From sequence record NZ_CP072340.1: 64,000 bases of DNA, one strand, 5' to 3'. Below are positions 50,129-60,174 of the stretch, in pieces. The notes under the pieces were generated by a model that ran no database searches, had not been told where the DNA came from, and saw only the letters and a program-made list of their open reading frames with translations. The stretch is from a plasmid. Both the position numbers and the translations under genes were made by a program. Each line of letters opens with the position of its first letter. Position 1 is the first letter of the stretch.

Positions 50129-50869
50129 TTGAGGCTTATGGAAACTGACGATAGATATCAGCCGCTTTTATACTATATAGTGTTTGGTTCTGACGTATCA
50201 GAGTTAGTCGTTTCTCGTACGAAACACCATGTAGACACTATTCCGCAGGGATTGGAAATAGAACAACTGAATCGTCAAGAACACGGAGAGAGAATGGACT
50301 GGCTGCTGAACGGAACGATAGAAAAGGTGCTCCGGCAACACGATGCTACACTGTACGATACCTGCAAGGACACAGACTGCTGGACCATTCTGCGCGGACG
50401 GATTGCCACTGACGGCGGTTCAGACTATTTGCGAAACACCATCGGGCTGGTTCAGGCACTCATCGAACAAGGCGGAATAGGCGTCTTCGACCTGCTGACA
50501 CTCGACTTGCAGCCGGCAAGCAAATGGTCTGCCCGCTACTTCGAAAAGGAAACAGACCCACAGACACATGTAGTTGTGCTGAAATCGGACAACGAAGATG
50601 GCAGCGTATGGCTGCATACACGAGGCATGATTAAGTTCGGTCGCCCCGATTTCAGCGTCCTTCAACTTGCTCCATCGCAGGTAAACGATGCCAAGCAAGC
50701 CCTCGACCAACTCATCTTCCATAGTGGAAAAGGTGCGGAAATGAGTAAGAAACTACGCCTGCATACGGCAAACGGCAAGACCATCGACGCACAACTCCGC
50801 CTCGTTCCCGACTTCGACAACTTCGATTTCAATAACGCATACTACGAAACAGAGCTGAAGTTGCAGTGA
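50129..50869 (+). CDS. Hypothetical protein (246 aa) directly downstream of LRR/T9SS gene
   Basis: ORF 14 nt after LRR gene stop; no recognisable motif. Confidence 0.35.
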   Translation: MRLMETDDRYQPLLYYIVFGSDVSELVVSRTKHHVDTIPQGLEIEQLNRQEHGERMDWLLNGTIEKVLRQHDATLYDTCKDTDCWTILRGRIATDGGSDYLRNTIGLVQALIEQGGIGVFDLLTLDLQPASKWSARYFEKETDPQTHVVVLKSDNEDGSVWLHTRGMIKFGRPDFSVLQLAPSQVNDAKQALDQLIFHSGKGAEMSKKLRLHTANGKTIDAQLRLVPDFDNFDFNNAYYETELKLQ

Positions 50870-51325
50870 AGCAGTAGCGACTTTATCCTTCTCTCACCCT
50901 CGATTGGACAGCCCCTCGTGTGCCTATGCTGCTTCCTCTCGTTGCCAGCACATTGCAAAACCCGTAGGTTTTAAACGGTAGAAGCATAATTCCGAACGCT
51001 ATCCGAACAAGCAGAACACCACCAAACAGCAGAACCAAGAAGATTCCTGCAGGTTCTACGTTGCCATGTCGCATGCCAAACGCAACCTCATTGTAGTCTA
51101 TTCCCTCGCCAGCTGCAATTGGCACAACGTGTCGCACACCCTCAAATTCACCCCATTTATAGACAGTATAGCCTGCCATTTCAAGGAATCAAACGTTTGG
51201 ACACACTTCTCGGGAAACGAAAGACGAACGATTTTTTGGTTGTTTGATACTTTTTTATTATCTTTGTAAAACAACGACTTACAGATTGAAAGCTGACAAA
51301 CAAGTAACAAATCAATTTTTGGACT

Positions 51326-52054
51326 ATGAAAAGAGCTATTGTAATGGGTGCCAGCAGTGGCATCGGGCATGAGGTGGCAAGGCTTCTTATCATGCAAGGG
51401 TGGACGGTTGGAGTGGCAGCACGCCGCAAGGAGAAGTTGGAAGACCTGAAGGACTGTGCGCCCGGACGCGTCTTCACAGCGCAGATTGATGTAACCAACG
51501 AGAAGGCAGACGAGGCACTCTCCCAGCTCGCAGACCAGATAGGAGGGTTCGATCTTTATTTCCATGCAGCAGGAATTGGGTGGAAGAATCCGACTTTAGA
51601 GCCTGAAAAGGAGATGAAGACAATGCAAACCAATGGACTCGGATTCGTACGAATGGTGAGCGAGGCCTATCGTTATCTTGCCAAGCATGGTGGCGGACAT
51701 ATTGTCTGCATCACTTCCGTGGCAGGCACAAAAGGCATAGGGGCCATTCCTGCCTATAGTGCTACGAAAGCAATGCAGAACACCTACCTGCAAGCCTTGG
51801 AACAGTTGGCAGCCAATAATCATCTTAACATTCGCTTCACGGACATTCGCCCCGGTTTCGTAGATACTCCGTTATTGCCCGATTCCTCTCATTTCCCCAT
51901 GCTGATGAAGACTGAGGATGTAGCGAACAGCATTATGAAAGCCATAGAGAGGAAGCGCCACGTCTGCATAATCGATGGTCGCTGGTGTGTCTTCACAGCC
52001 ATGTGGCGACGTATTCCGAACTGGATTTGGAGGCGAATGAAACTGAAAGAATAA
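51326..52054 (+). CDS. SDR-family oxidoreductase
   Basis: GASSGIG Rossmann motif, YSATK catalytic motif. Confidence 0.7.
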   Translation: MKRAIVMGASSGIGHEVARLLIMQGWTVGVAARRKEKLEDLKDCAPGRVFTAQIDVTNEKADEALSQLADQIGGFDLYFHAAGIGWKNPTLEPEKEMKTMQTNGLGFVRMVSEAYRYLAKHGGGHIVCITSVAGTKGIGAIPAYSATKAMQNTYLQALEQLAANNHLNIRFTDIRPGFVDTPLLPDSSHFPMLMKTEDVANSIMKAIERKRHVCIIDGRWCVFTAMWRRIPNWIWRRMKLKE

Positions 52055-52218
52055 CTACATGCTTCGTATGCAGTTTCACAAAAAAGCAAGATTACACAAG
52101 AACTATGGTATTTCAGAGTTCTCAGATGACCTTATACTAACATGTGGAAACGACTTTTGGATAAAATTTTTCGGTAACTTTGCAACGCAAAACGAACCGA
52201 ATTACTTAACAGACAGAG

Positions 52219-53157
52219 ATGGAGCAAGAGAAAAACAAGGGTGGAATGATGAGTGTTATTGCCGCTTTGGGTGCTAATGTGCTGGTGGCAATATCTAAGT
52301 TTATAGGTTTTGCGGCGTCGGGTTCGGCTGCCATGCTGAACGAATCGATACACAGTATAGTAGATTGTGGCAACGAAATACTTCTGCTTGTGGGCAATAA
52401 GCAAGCTGAAGCGAGGGTGTCCGACAAGCATCCGTTCGGTCAGGCTCGTGCAAAATACTTTTACAGTATGGTAGTTGCCATGATGTTGTTCTTTGCCGGT
52501 GGTGCATTGGGAATCATGGAAGCTGCCGAAAAGTTGTTCCACCCCGAGCACAGTGTAGAAAACATGTGGCTTGTAATGGGGATATTGGTGTTCGGACTGA
52601 TTGTAGAAACTGTGAGCTTGCGTGTTGCGTTAAAGGAAATAGAAGCACTTAACAAGGAGAACTTGTCGCTTTTCAAATTTCTGCGAGAAAGCCGCCACAG
52701 CGAAATTCTTATAATTTTTGCTGAAGATAGTTGTGCCGTTGTGGGCTTGCTGATAGCTTTTGGTGGCACGTTGCTTAGCCATTTCACCAATAATCCGTTC
52801 TACGATGCCCTGTCTGGTGTGTTAATTGGATTGTTGCTTTGCGGTGCAGCCCTCTTTTTGGCACGCGAGTTTTACAGTCTGCTTATTGGCGAAAGCGTTA
52901 CAACAAAAGACTTGGTGCGTATAAAGTCAGCTTTCAATCGTGCCGAAGTAAGTAGGTTGATTAATGTAAAGACCATACATTTAAGTCCTACAGACATATT
53001 GGTTACGGCGAAAATAGATCTAAAACCCGAGTTCGAGGCGCAGTCGTCTGCCATAGTTAACGACATTGAACGGAAGATGCGAGCCGATTTTGCCAATTAC
53101 AACATATTCATATATATAGAAATAGACGAATATAAAGACGGTTACAAACGTTCTTGA
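52219..53157 (+). CDS. Cation diffusion facilitator family transporter
   Basis: 6 TM + C-terminal cytoplasmic domain, HSIVD motif in TM2. Confidence 0.7.
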   Translation: MEQEKNKGGMMSVIAALGANVLVAISKFIGFAASGSAAMLNESIHSIVDCGNEILLLVGNKQAEARVSDKHPFGQARAKYFYSMVVAMMLFFAGGALGIMEAAEKLFHPEHSVENMWLVMGILVFGLIVETVSLRVALKEIEALNKENLSLFKFLRESRHSEILIIFAEDSCAVVGLLIAFGGTLLSHFTNNPFYDALSGVLIGLLLCGAALFLAREFYSLLIGESVTTKDLVRIKSAFNRAEVSRLINVKTIHLSPTDILVTAKIDLKPEFEAQSSAIVNDIERKMRADFANYNIFIYIEIDEYKDGYKRS

Positions 53158-53299
53158 TGGGGTGGGCAAGCCCAATAATTCCTCTATGTGTTCTATGAAA
53201 TTTAGGCTTTATAGGAGAATTAGTAACTTTAGGCTTCATAAATTGCGAGTGTCCCTTCATAAAAACACATTGAATGCCACGTGCACTGACCATCAAAAA

Positions 53300-53335
53300 C
53301 AAAAAAAAGTCGCCTTGATTAAGACGACTTTTCAT
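53300..53335. terminator. Bidirectional terminator hairpin between CDF gene and tRNA-Met
   Basis: A8-AGTCG..CGACT-TTT. Confidence 0.4.
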
Positions 53336-53343
53336 TTCTGTTG

Positions 53344-53416
53344 TTGCGGGTGCAGGACTCGAACATGCGACCTCCAGGTTATGAGCCTGGCGAGCTACCA
53401 ACTGCTCCAACCCGCG
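53344..53416 (-). tRNA. tRNA-Met (anticodon CAT), C1:A72 mismatch like bacterial initiator tRNA; one T-stem mismatch; no encoded CCA
   Basis: RC reads CGCGGGT TG GAGC AGTTGGTA GCTC G CCAGG CTCATAA CCTGG AGGTC GCATG TTCGAGT CCTGC ACCCGCA A. Confidence 0.6.
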
Positions 53417-53736
53417 ATATTAACCGTTTGCAATTATAAAATAAGTTTCGTTTACTCGTTCCTGAATTGCGAGTGCAAAGGTAGATATTTATTTTTAGAT
53501 ACGCAAGACATTCGGATAATATTACTGATAAATCGGTTCATTTTAACATAAGTAAACATTATACCTGATAAAAAAGTAGAGAAGTGCGTATAAATTAATT
53601 TTGCAGACTAAATAAAATCCATTACCTTTGTTGTCTGTTCTGCCTGTTGCACATTGTGCGAGGGCAGAACCGAGATGAAACAATTAATATAAAGGTGTAG
53701 TGGAAACACTATGCCGCAACTTAAACAAGATAATAC

Positions 53737-54495
53737 ATGGAAAAGAAAATCGTAATGGTTACGGGTGCAACGAGTGGCATTGGAGAAGCATGTGCACGCA
53801 AGTTTGCAAGTGGTGGATACAATGTCATCATTACCGGACGCAGGGGAGAGAAGCTCGATGCGCTAAGACAAGAGCTTGAAAGCATGGGTGCAGAAGTGCT
53901 GGCAATGCAGTTTGATGTGCGCGAACGCGAATCTGCACGAAAGGCAGTAGACTTTCTGAAGGGTAAATGGGCTAAGATAGATGTTCTGATAAACAATGCC
54001 GGACTTGCATTGGGCTTGGACAAAGAGTATGAAGGCGACTTCAATGACTGGGACACCATGATAGATACCAACATTAAAGGATTGCTGAACATGACTCGTT
54101 TTGTAGTTCCAGGTATGGTGGAACGCAACGAGGGACACGTTATTAATATTGGTTCGGTGGCTGGCGATGCGGCTTATGCAAACGGAAATGTGTATTGTGC
54201 TACGAAGGCGGCAGTAAAAGCTTTGTCGGACGGACTGCGTATTGATGTTGCAGAAAGTGATGTGCGTGTAACAAACTTGAAGCCGGGACTGGTTCAAACC
54301 AACTTCTCTAATGTGCGTTTCCATGGCGACGACGCTCGTGCAGAAAGTGTTTACAAAGGAGTGAAGCCACTGACGGGCGACGATATTGCCGATGTTGCTT
54401 TCTATGCAGCCAGTGCTCCGGCTCATGTCCAGATAGCTGAGGTGCTGATTTTGGCGACACATCAAGCCAATGGCTCGGTGATTGCAAGAAAGTAA
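53737..54495 (+). CDS. SDR-family NAD(P)-dependent oxidoreductase
   Basis: TGATSGIG, YCATK motifs. Confidence 0.75.
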   Translation: MEKKIVMVTGATSGIGEACARKFASGGYNVIITGRRGEKLDALRQELESMGAEVLAMQFDVRERESARKAVDFLKGKWAKIDVLINNAGLALGLDKEYEGDFNDWDTMIDTNIKGLLNMTRFVVPGMVERNEGHVINIGSVAGDAAYANGNVYCATKAAVKALSDGLRIDVAESDVRVTNLKPGLVQTNFSNVRFHGDDARAESVYKGVKPLTGDDIADVAFYAASAPAHVQIAEVLILATHQANGSVIARK

Positions 54496-54864
54496 GGCAA
54501 ATATTATAAGACCTTTTGGGGAAAACAAAAAAGCGAAACATGCGATTGTGGTTGTTGCAACTGCACGGTGTTTCGCTTATTCATATCTGTAATTACTACC
54601 TTTTCAGCTTCGCTTTCAATCGTTTGTAGCCGTCTACACCCAAAATAGCAAGTCCGCTGTATTGCAGTGCCTTAGCCAATCCGAAGAATGTTGCCCACAA
54701 AATACCTTTTGCAGCTACGGAAATGGGAAGGATAGCCTGTGCAAACGATGTGATATAGCACAACACACACATGGAAAGAACGATGACTCCGGTGCGGAAC
54801 GACAGCTGTTGAAGCCATGCTATAAAGCGTTTCAATAGGGGAGGAGTAGTCATTTGTGTGGGTG

Positions 54865-55530
54865 TTATCTGAAGTCGTCCCATACCTTTTCGGCAGGTAG
54901 AGGTGATGTTACAACTATTTTCTCTTTACTTACGGGGTGTATGAACTCAACCTTGTGGCTCAGCAGCGATATGCTTCCATCGGGGTTGGAGCGGCGTGCA
55001 CCATATTTCAAGTCGCCTTTAACGGGGCAACCAATGGCTGCAAGCTGGCAACGTATCTGGTGGTGTCGCCCAGTAAGCAAATTTATTTCGAGCAAAGTGT
55101 AACGTTCGGTGTGTCCTATGGTTTTGTATTTCAGTATGGCTTGCTTTGCGTTCGGCACATCGTGGTCGTACGCGTAGCTTTTGTTCTGCTTCTCGTTTCG
55201 TACCAACCAGTTGGTTAGTGTGGCTTCCGGTACATCGGGAGCCGTCTGAACCATTGCCCAATATGTTTTCTTCACTTCGCCATTTCGGAACATATCGTTG
55301 AGTCGGGAGAGCGCTTTCGATGTCTTCGCAAAGACAACTAACCCAGAAACGGGACGGTCTAAGCGGTGCACAACACCCAGAAACACATTTCCAGGCTTGG
55401 CATATTTCTCTTTAATCCACGCTTTAATAGTCTCCGAGAGAGGCTTGTCGCCCGTCTTGTCGCCTTGTATTATCTCTCCACTTTGCTTGTAGACGACAAT
55501 AATGTGGTTGTCTTCGTAAAGAACTTGCAT
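54865..55530 (-). CDS. RluA-family RNA pseudouridine synthase
   Basis: HRLDRPVSG catalytic motif. Confidence 0.75.
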   Translation of the reverse strand: MQVLYEDNHIIVVYKQSGEIIQGDKTGDKPLSETIKAWIKEKYAKPGNVFLGVVHRLDRPVSGLVVFAKTSKALSRLNDMFRNGEVKKTYWAMVQTAPDVPEATLTNWLVRNEKQNKSYAYDHDVPNAKQAILKYKTIGHTERYTLLEINLLTGRHHQIRCQLAAIGCPVKGDLKYGARRSNPDGSISLLSHKVEFIHPVSKEKIVVTSPLPAEKVWDDFR

Positions 55531-55595
55531 CGTTTAAAAAGTTCTATCGCCCCTTTACCCATAAGAGCAAGGGGGATAGATATTAGAAAGGAATA

Positions 55596-56342
55596 TTACA
55601 TATTCATACCGCCATCGACCTGAATGACCTGTCCAGAGACGTAGCTTGAGAGGTCAGATGCAAGGTATAGCGCAGTATTTGCTATGTCTTCGGTAGTGCC
55701 TCCGCGTCGCAATGGTATCTTGGAAGTCCATTCCTTGCGGATTTCTTCAGAAAGCTGCTGTGTCATGGCAGTGTCAATGAAGCCCGGAGCAATGGCATTG
55801 GCGCGCACGCCCTTTGGTCCCATCTCCTGAGCCACGCTCTTTGCGAGTGCAATCATGCCCGCCTTAGAAGCCGCATAGTTTGCCTGACCCGCATTGCCGT
55901 GTACTCCCACAACGCTTGCCATGTTGATTATGCTGCCATTGCGTTGGCGCATCATGACCGGAACGCACGCATGTATGAAGTTGAATGCACTTTTTAGATT
56001 GACACCAATGACGGCGTCCCACTGTGCTTCAGACATACGGAGCATTAATCCGTCCTTGGTTATACCGGCGTTGTTTACCAAAATGTCTACGCTTCCGAAC
56101 TCTTCTTTCACTTGTTTCACTACTTCTTCAGACTGAGCGAAGTCAGCTGCGTTGCTGGCATAGCCTTTACACTTTACTCCGAGTGCCGAAATTTCAGCCT
56201 CAGTTGCCTTTCCGTTCTCGTCGATAACGAGGTCGGTGAATGCAATATTGGCACCTTCGCTTGCAAATTTTATCGCAATTGCTTTGCCTATTCCGCGTGC
56301 TGCCCCTGTAATGAGGGCTGTCTTACCCGTTAATAATCCCAT
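55596..56342 (-). CDS. fabG: 3-oxoacyl-[ACP] reductase FabG
   Basis: TGAARGIG, NAG, YAASK motifs; 248 aa. Confidence 0.8.
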   Translation of the reverse strand: MGLLTGKTALITGAARGIGKAIAIKFASEGANIAFTDLVIDENGKATEAEISALGVKCKGYASNAADFAQSEEVVKQVKEEFGSVDILVNNAGITKDGLMLRMSEAQWDAVIGVNLKSAFNFIHACVPVMMRQRNGSIINMASVVGVHGNAGQANYAASKAGMIALAKSVAQEMGPKGVRANAIAPGFIDTAMTQQLSEEIRKEWTSKIPLRRGGTTEDIANTALYLASDLSSYVSGQVIQVDGGMNM

Positions 56343-56466
56343 AATCTGTTTCTATTTATGTTTTTAATATCTACGTTTTTGGCAGGTTTGGTATCTTAAT
56401 GATGTACGTTCCGTAACCTTAAACGATACGAATTGCACCTACGTATAATAGGTATTGAACTGCTTT

Positions 56467-57084
56467 TTAATAGGTATTGCAGTCTGTCTTGCCTTTTCCC
56501 ATTTTGTTTCCGAGTGCTCCGTACACTACTTTTGCTACGAGCGGACGGCTGCTTTCTTCGGTTAAGCCGTGCCCAAGTCGCCCATAAATGAAGGGAACTT
56601 CCAGTCCTTTAATACAATAATGGGTTATATCGGCAACCAAATCTACGTTGTCAATGTCGAAATCGCCATCGTTCTTTGCTTCCGTATATACCTTTCTGAA
56701 GAGTTCTATCTCGTCTTCGTCGAAGTTTTTGCGCACCTTTTCCACCATCCAGATGTTTCGAAAGAACTCTGCCCTGAGGTTTCCGTTCCTCATAACAGTT
56801 TCCTTAATCATGCTGAGGTGGGTGTAAATAAGTTCTATAATCTTGTCGTGAGGTGGTATTCGCTTCGATGCCACTTCGTCCAACTTGTCCGACAGGCGTT
56901 CCAGTTCGGCTTCTATAACGGCATAGTACACGTCTTCCTTACTCTTAAAATAGGTGTACAGCGTACGGCGCCCCTTGCCCGAGGCTTCCGCAATGTCGTT
57001 CATTGTTGTGTTTGCAATACCTTTCTTGGCAAAAATCTGCCTTGCTACGTCTACAAACATCTGTCTTGTCTTCGAAATAGACAT
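56467..57084 (-). CDS. TetR/AcrR-family transcriptional regulator
   Basis: N-terminal HTH ...TTMNDIAEASGKGRRTLYTYF. Confidence 0.75.
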   Translation of the reverse strand: MSISKTRQMFVDVARQIFAKKGIANTTMNDIAEASGKGRRTLYTYFKSKEDVYYAVIEAELERLSDKLDEVASKRIPPHDKIIELIYTHLSMIKETVMRNGNLRAEFFRNIWMVEKVRKNFDEDEIELFRKVYTEAKNDGDFDIDNVDLVADITHYCIKGLEVPFIYGRLGHGLTEESSRPLVAKVVYGALGNKMGKGKTDCNTY

Positions 57085-57352
57085 TTCTTTTTCTCCTTAA
57101 ATTCTTCCTTATATTGCGCTGAAATGCCGACCATTCACGTCATTGCACAATATTTTTATTGTGTGCAAAAGTAGAGAAAAAAAACTAATTCTACAAGTAA
57201 TTGCGTAAAAATACATATTTTTTAGTATTCTGTTCACATTCAGATACATTATGATATAAAGGATATGGAGTGTTGCGAACGGTGCTCTGATAACTGAAAA
57301 TACTATGGAACAAGTGCCACAGCATGGTTGTTGCCTGACGGTCCGTACACTT

Positions 57353-58114
57353 CTACACATCTGTTTCCAAACCATCGTAGGCGAAGAAGATGTTTTCCGG
57401 CAGACGTTGTTGTGCTTCTTCATGCAAGCCAATCTCGTGTGTGAGATGCGTTAAGTAGGTTCGCTTGGCATTGATGGCACGGCTAAATGCTATGGCATCG
57501 GCTATCAGCTGGTGCGAATGGTGCTCTTTTTTCCAACGCAAGGCATTCACCACGAGCGTATCTACGCCTTCAAGATAAGGCAATTCCGTGGCATTGATGG
57601 TCTTCATGTCGGTAATGTAGGCAAAGTTTCCGATGCGATAGCCCATGATGGGCATCTCTCCGTGCATCACTTCGACGGGTGTAACCGTGCAATCGCCTAT
57701 CGGGAACGCCTTGTGAGGTACGACAGTGTGCAGGTTTAGCTTGGGGACACCCGGATAAAGATGCTCTTTGAAACAATAGGGAAAGTTGTGGCGCAGCCCC
57801 TTGCAGGTGTCTTTGTCGGCATAGATTTCCAAGTCGGACAGCCAGCTGAAGGGTCGCAGGTCGTCGATACCCCCTACATGGTCGTAGTGAATGTGCGTTA
57901 TCAGAATGCCATCAATCTTTTTGTAAGGCACAGGAAGTATCTGCTGGCGGAAATCGGGACCGCAATCTATCAGTATGCGTGTGGTTTCGGTCTCAAGCAG
58001 TGCCGACGTGCGCAGTCTTTTATCCTTGGGATTGGTGCTTTGGCACACCTTGCATGTACAGCCAATGACGGGTACTCCGTTAGAAGTTCCGGTACCTAAA
58101 AAGCGTAGTCTCAT
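57353..58114 (-). CDS. MBL-fold metallo-hydrolase (PhnP/ElaC-like)
   Basis: HIHYDHVGG metal-binding motif. Confidence 0.6.
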   Translation of the reverse strand: MRLRFLGTGTSNGVPVIGCTCKVCQSTNPKDKRLRTSALLETETTRILIDCGPDFRQQILPVPYKKIDGILITHIHYDHVGGIDDLRPFSWLSDLEIYADKDTCKGLRHNFPYCFKEHLYPGVPKLNLHTVVPHKAFPIGDCTVTPVEVMHGEMPIMGYRIGNFAYITDMKTINATELPYLEGVDTLVVNALRWKKEHHSHQLIADAIAFSRAINAKRTYLTHLTHEIGLHEEAQQRLPENIFFAYDGLETDV

Positions 58115-58123
58115 AGTTTTTGT

Positions 58124-59128
58124 TTAGCGAATGTTCACCTCCGGGTTTATGTCGATGCCGAATTTCTGCCTTACGTCGTGCTGAATGGTTTCGCAAAGAT
58201 GCACCACCTCGCTGCCCGTTGCGCCGCCGCGGTTCACCAATACCAATGCCTGCTTGTCGTGAACGGCAGCTCTACCCAATGCTTTTCCTTTCCAACCGCA
58301 TTGTTCTATGAGCCAACCTGCTGGTATCTTTTCGTGTTCGCTGTCGATGGTATAGTGGGGCATACCCTCGTATTGCCGTACCAACTCGTTGTATTTTTGT
58401 GTTGGAACCACTGGATTCATGAAGAAGCTACCAGCATTGCCCAATACTTTCGGGTCGGGCAACTTGGCGTTTCTTATCTCAATAATGGTCTCACGAAGTT
58501 GCATTGCCGTGGGGTTGCCTATTCCCTTTGCTGCCAATGCCGCACGAATGTTGCCATAATCCAACTTCGGAGCGTAGGTCTTAGAGAGCTTGTAGGTAAC
58601 GGCAGTAATCAGGAAGCGGTCTCTCCACGCATGTTTGAACTTGCTTTGCCGATAGCTATAGGCGCATTCAGCGTTCATGAAGCGGCAAATGCGCCCCGTT
58701 TCAATCTCTACAGCCTCCACAGAGTCTATCAAGTCCTTCGCTTCAACGCCGTATGCGCCAATGTTCTGCACGGCACTGGCACCTACTTCGCCGGGTATGA
58801 CAGACAAGTTCTCGGCTCCGTACAGTCCGTTTGCCACACAATAAGCCACGACATCGTCCCAGACGTAGCCCGAACCGCAGCGAATGTGGCACTCGTCGGT
58901 CTGTTCGAGAAAGCGAATACCCGAGTGCAACACCGTTCCATCGTAGTCGCCGGTCAGCAAAAGGTTGCTTCCTCCACCCAAAATCAGTAGCGGACGGTCG
59001 GTTTCGGTAAGCATTCCAACCACCGCCTGCGCCTCTTCCACCGAGCCATACTCCATAAACCGTTTGCATTTCGCATCAATTCCGAACGTGTTATGCCTGA
59101 GCAGGCTGTAGTCTTTCTCGTCTGTCAT
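58124..59128 (-). CDS. murB: UDP-N-acetylmuramate dehydrogenase
   Basis: FAD-binding GGGSNLL motif, 334 aa. Confidence 0.8.
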   Translation of the reverse strand: MTDEKDYSLLRHNTFGIDAKCKRFMEYGSVEEAQAVVGMLTETDRPLLILGGGSNLLLTGDYDGTVLHSGIRFLEQTDECHIRCGSGYVWDDVVAYCVANGLYGAENLSVIPGEVGASAVQNIGAYGVEAKDLIDSVEAVEIETGRICRFMNAECAYSYRQSKFKHAWRDRFLITAVTYKLSKTYAPKLDYGNIRAALAAKGIGNPTAMQLRETIIEIRNAKLPDPKVLGNAGSFFMNPVVPTQKYNELVRQYEGMPHYTIDSEHEKIPAGWLIEQCGWKGKALGRAAVHDKQALVLVNRGGATGSEVVHLCETIQHDVRQKFGIDINPEVNIR

Positions 59129-59157
59129 CGTCTCATTCAGCTTGTCTCGTTTTCTTT

Positions 59158-60012
59158 TTAGTAGGCAATAATGCGTTCCAAGCGCCAGTTCTTGCCTCGT
59201 TTTCTAAACTCTAACTGTGTTTCAATGCCATTGGAGAGTCCTCGGAACACAAGAATTTTTTTCTTGCTCTCCCCATATTTCTGTCCGTAAAGAATGTTAT
59301 AGATGTTGTTCTTCGGCACTTCTGGCAGATACGTGCTCCATTCCGATGCTGGAATAGTAGTGTTTACCTTGTTCGTAGTTTCTCCGTTAGGGTCTATGCC
59401 AACGTATGGCAGTGGGTCTTTTATGCTTCCTCGTCCGTCGTTGGCAAGGAATTTGCTCAAGAAATCAAGGAACGAGGCGTTGTATTTCTGTGCAAATCCG
59501 ATGTTGTTTATCTTGTTCATCTTCCATTTGCCGTCCTGATGGTCGAAGCAATATTGCTCTACCAGTCGTTGGTTCAGGTTTATTTTCTCCACAATCACCG
59601 TGTCGAGCTTGGTCGATTTGGCATATTCTGCCTGACCTGTGTTGTCAAAAATCAGCGTGTAATAGCCTTTCGGACGGAAGAAGTAGTCCATTTTCCACTG
59701 ATTGCGCGCTATCTGCTTCGTAACTTTTCCGTTGGTTTCAACGGGCAATGGGAACACAATGCGCTTGCGTTGCAGCTTTTTGTTGGCAATGAAGTTGAAG
59801 AAAAAGTCGTCGAAAAGTTGGTCGGCAGCTTTTGGCATTGGTGTTTCTGCAATAATTTCTGTTGCCGAATCCACGTTGCTGGTGGTGTCTGTCGTGTCTG
59901 TTACAGCTGTTTTTGTAGAGTCTGCCGGCTCTACTTTCTTTTTGTTACAACCTGTTGTGACGCATACCATGGCTGCGCACAAGGCAACAACGAGTAAAAT
60001 TGCTTTTCTCAT
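59158..60012 (-). CDS. Hypothetical lipoprotein
   Basis: Signal peptide + lipobox VTTGC, Thr/Asp-rich linker. Confidence 0.4.
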   Translation of the reverse strand: MRKAILLVVALCAAMVCVTTGCNKKKVEPADSTKTAVTDTTDTTSNVDSATEIIAETPMPKAADQLFDDFFFNFIANKKLQRKRIVFPLPVETNGKVTKQIARNQWKMDYFFRPKGYYTLIFDNTGQAEYAKSTKLDTVIVEKINLNQRLVEQYCFDHQDGKWKMNKINNIGFAQKYNASFLDFLSKFLANDGRGSIKDPLPYVGIDPNGETTNKVNTTIPASEWSTYLPEVPKNNIYNILYGQKYGESKKKILVFRGLSNGIETQLEFRKRGKNWRLERIIAY

Positions 60013-60147
60013 ATTTTCTAATTATATTCTCAAATTCTTTTTTATGGCTTCTAAAACCGCTGCAAATGTACTACTTTTATTTTATAATAAGCTTGTAAGA
60101 ACCAATATTTTTCTATCCCAGTGCTTCTCTTTTCAGATTATAAATTG

Positions 60148-60155
60148 TACCTTTG
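60148..60155 (+). promoter_or_regulatory. -7 promoter box TACCTTTG upstream of pheS
   Basis: TAnnTTTG 20 nt upstream of ATG 60175. Confidence 0.4.
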
Positions 60156-60174
60156 CACGAAAATTACAAGTGTT

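Noticed and set aside
50883-51179. 98-aa minus-strand ORF after the 246-aa hypothetical
   Set aside because: Weak: Gly/Val-rich, no start context; could be real but unsupported.
53108-53410. 100-aa minus-strand ORF
   Set aside because: Overlaps tRNA-Met and the terminator hairpin; no coding signal.
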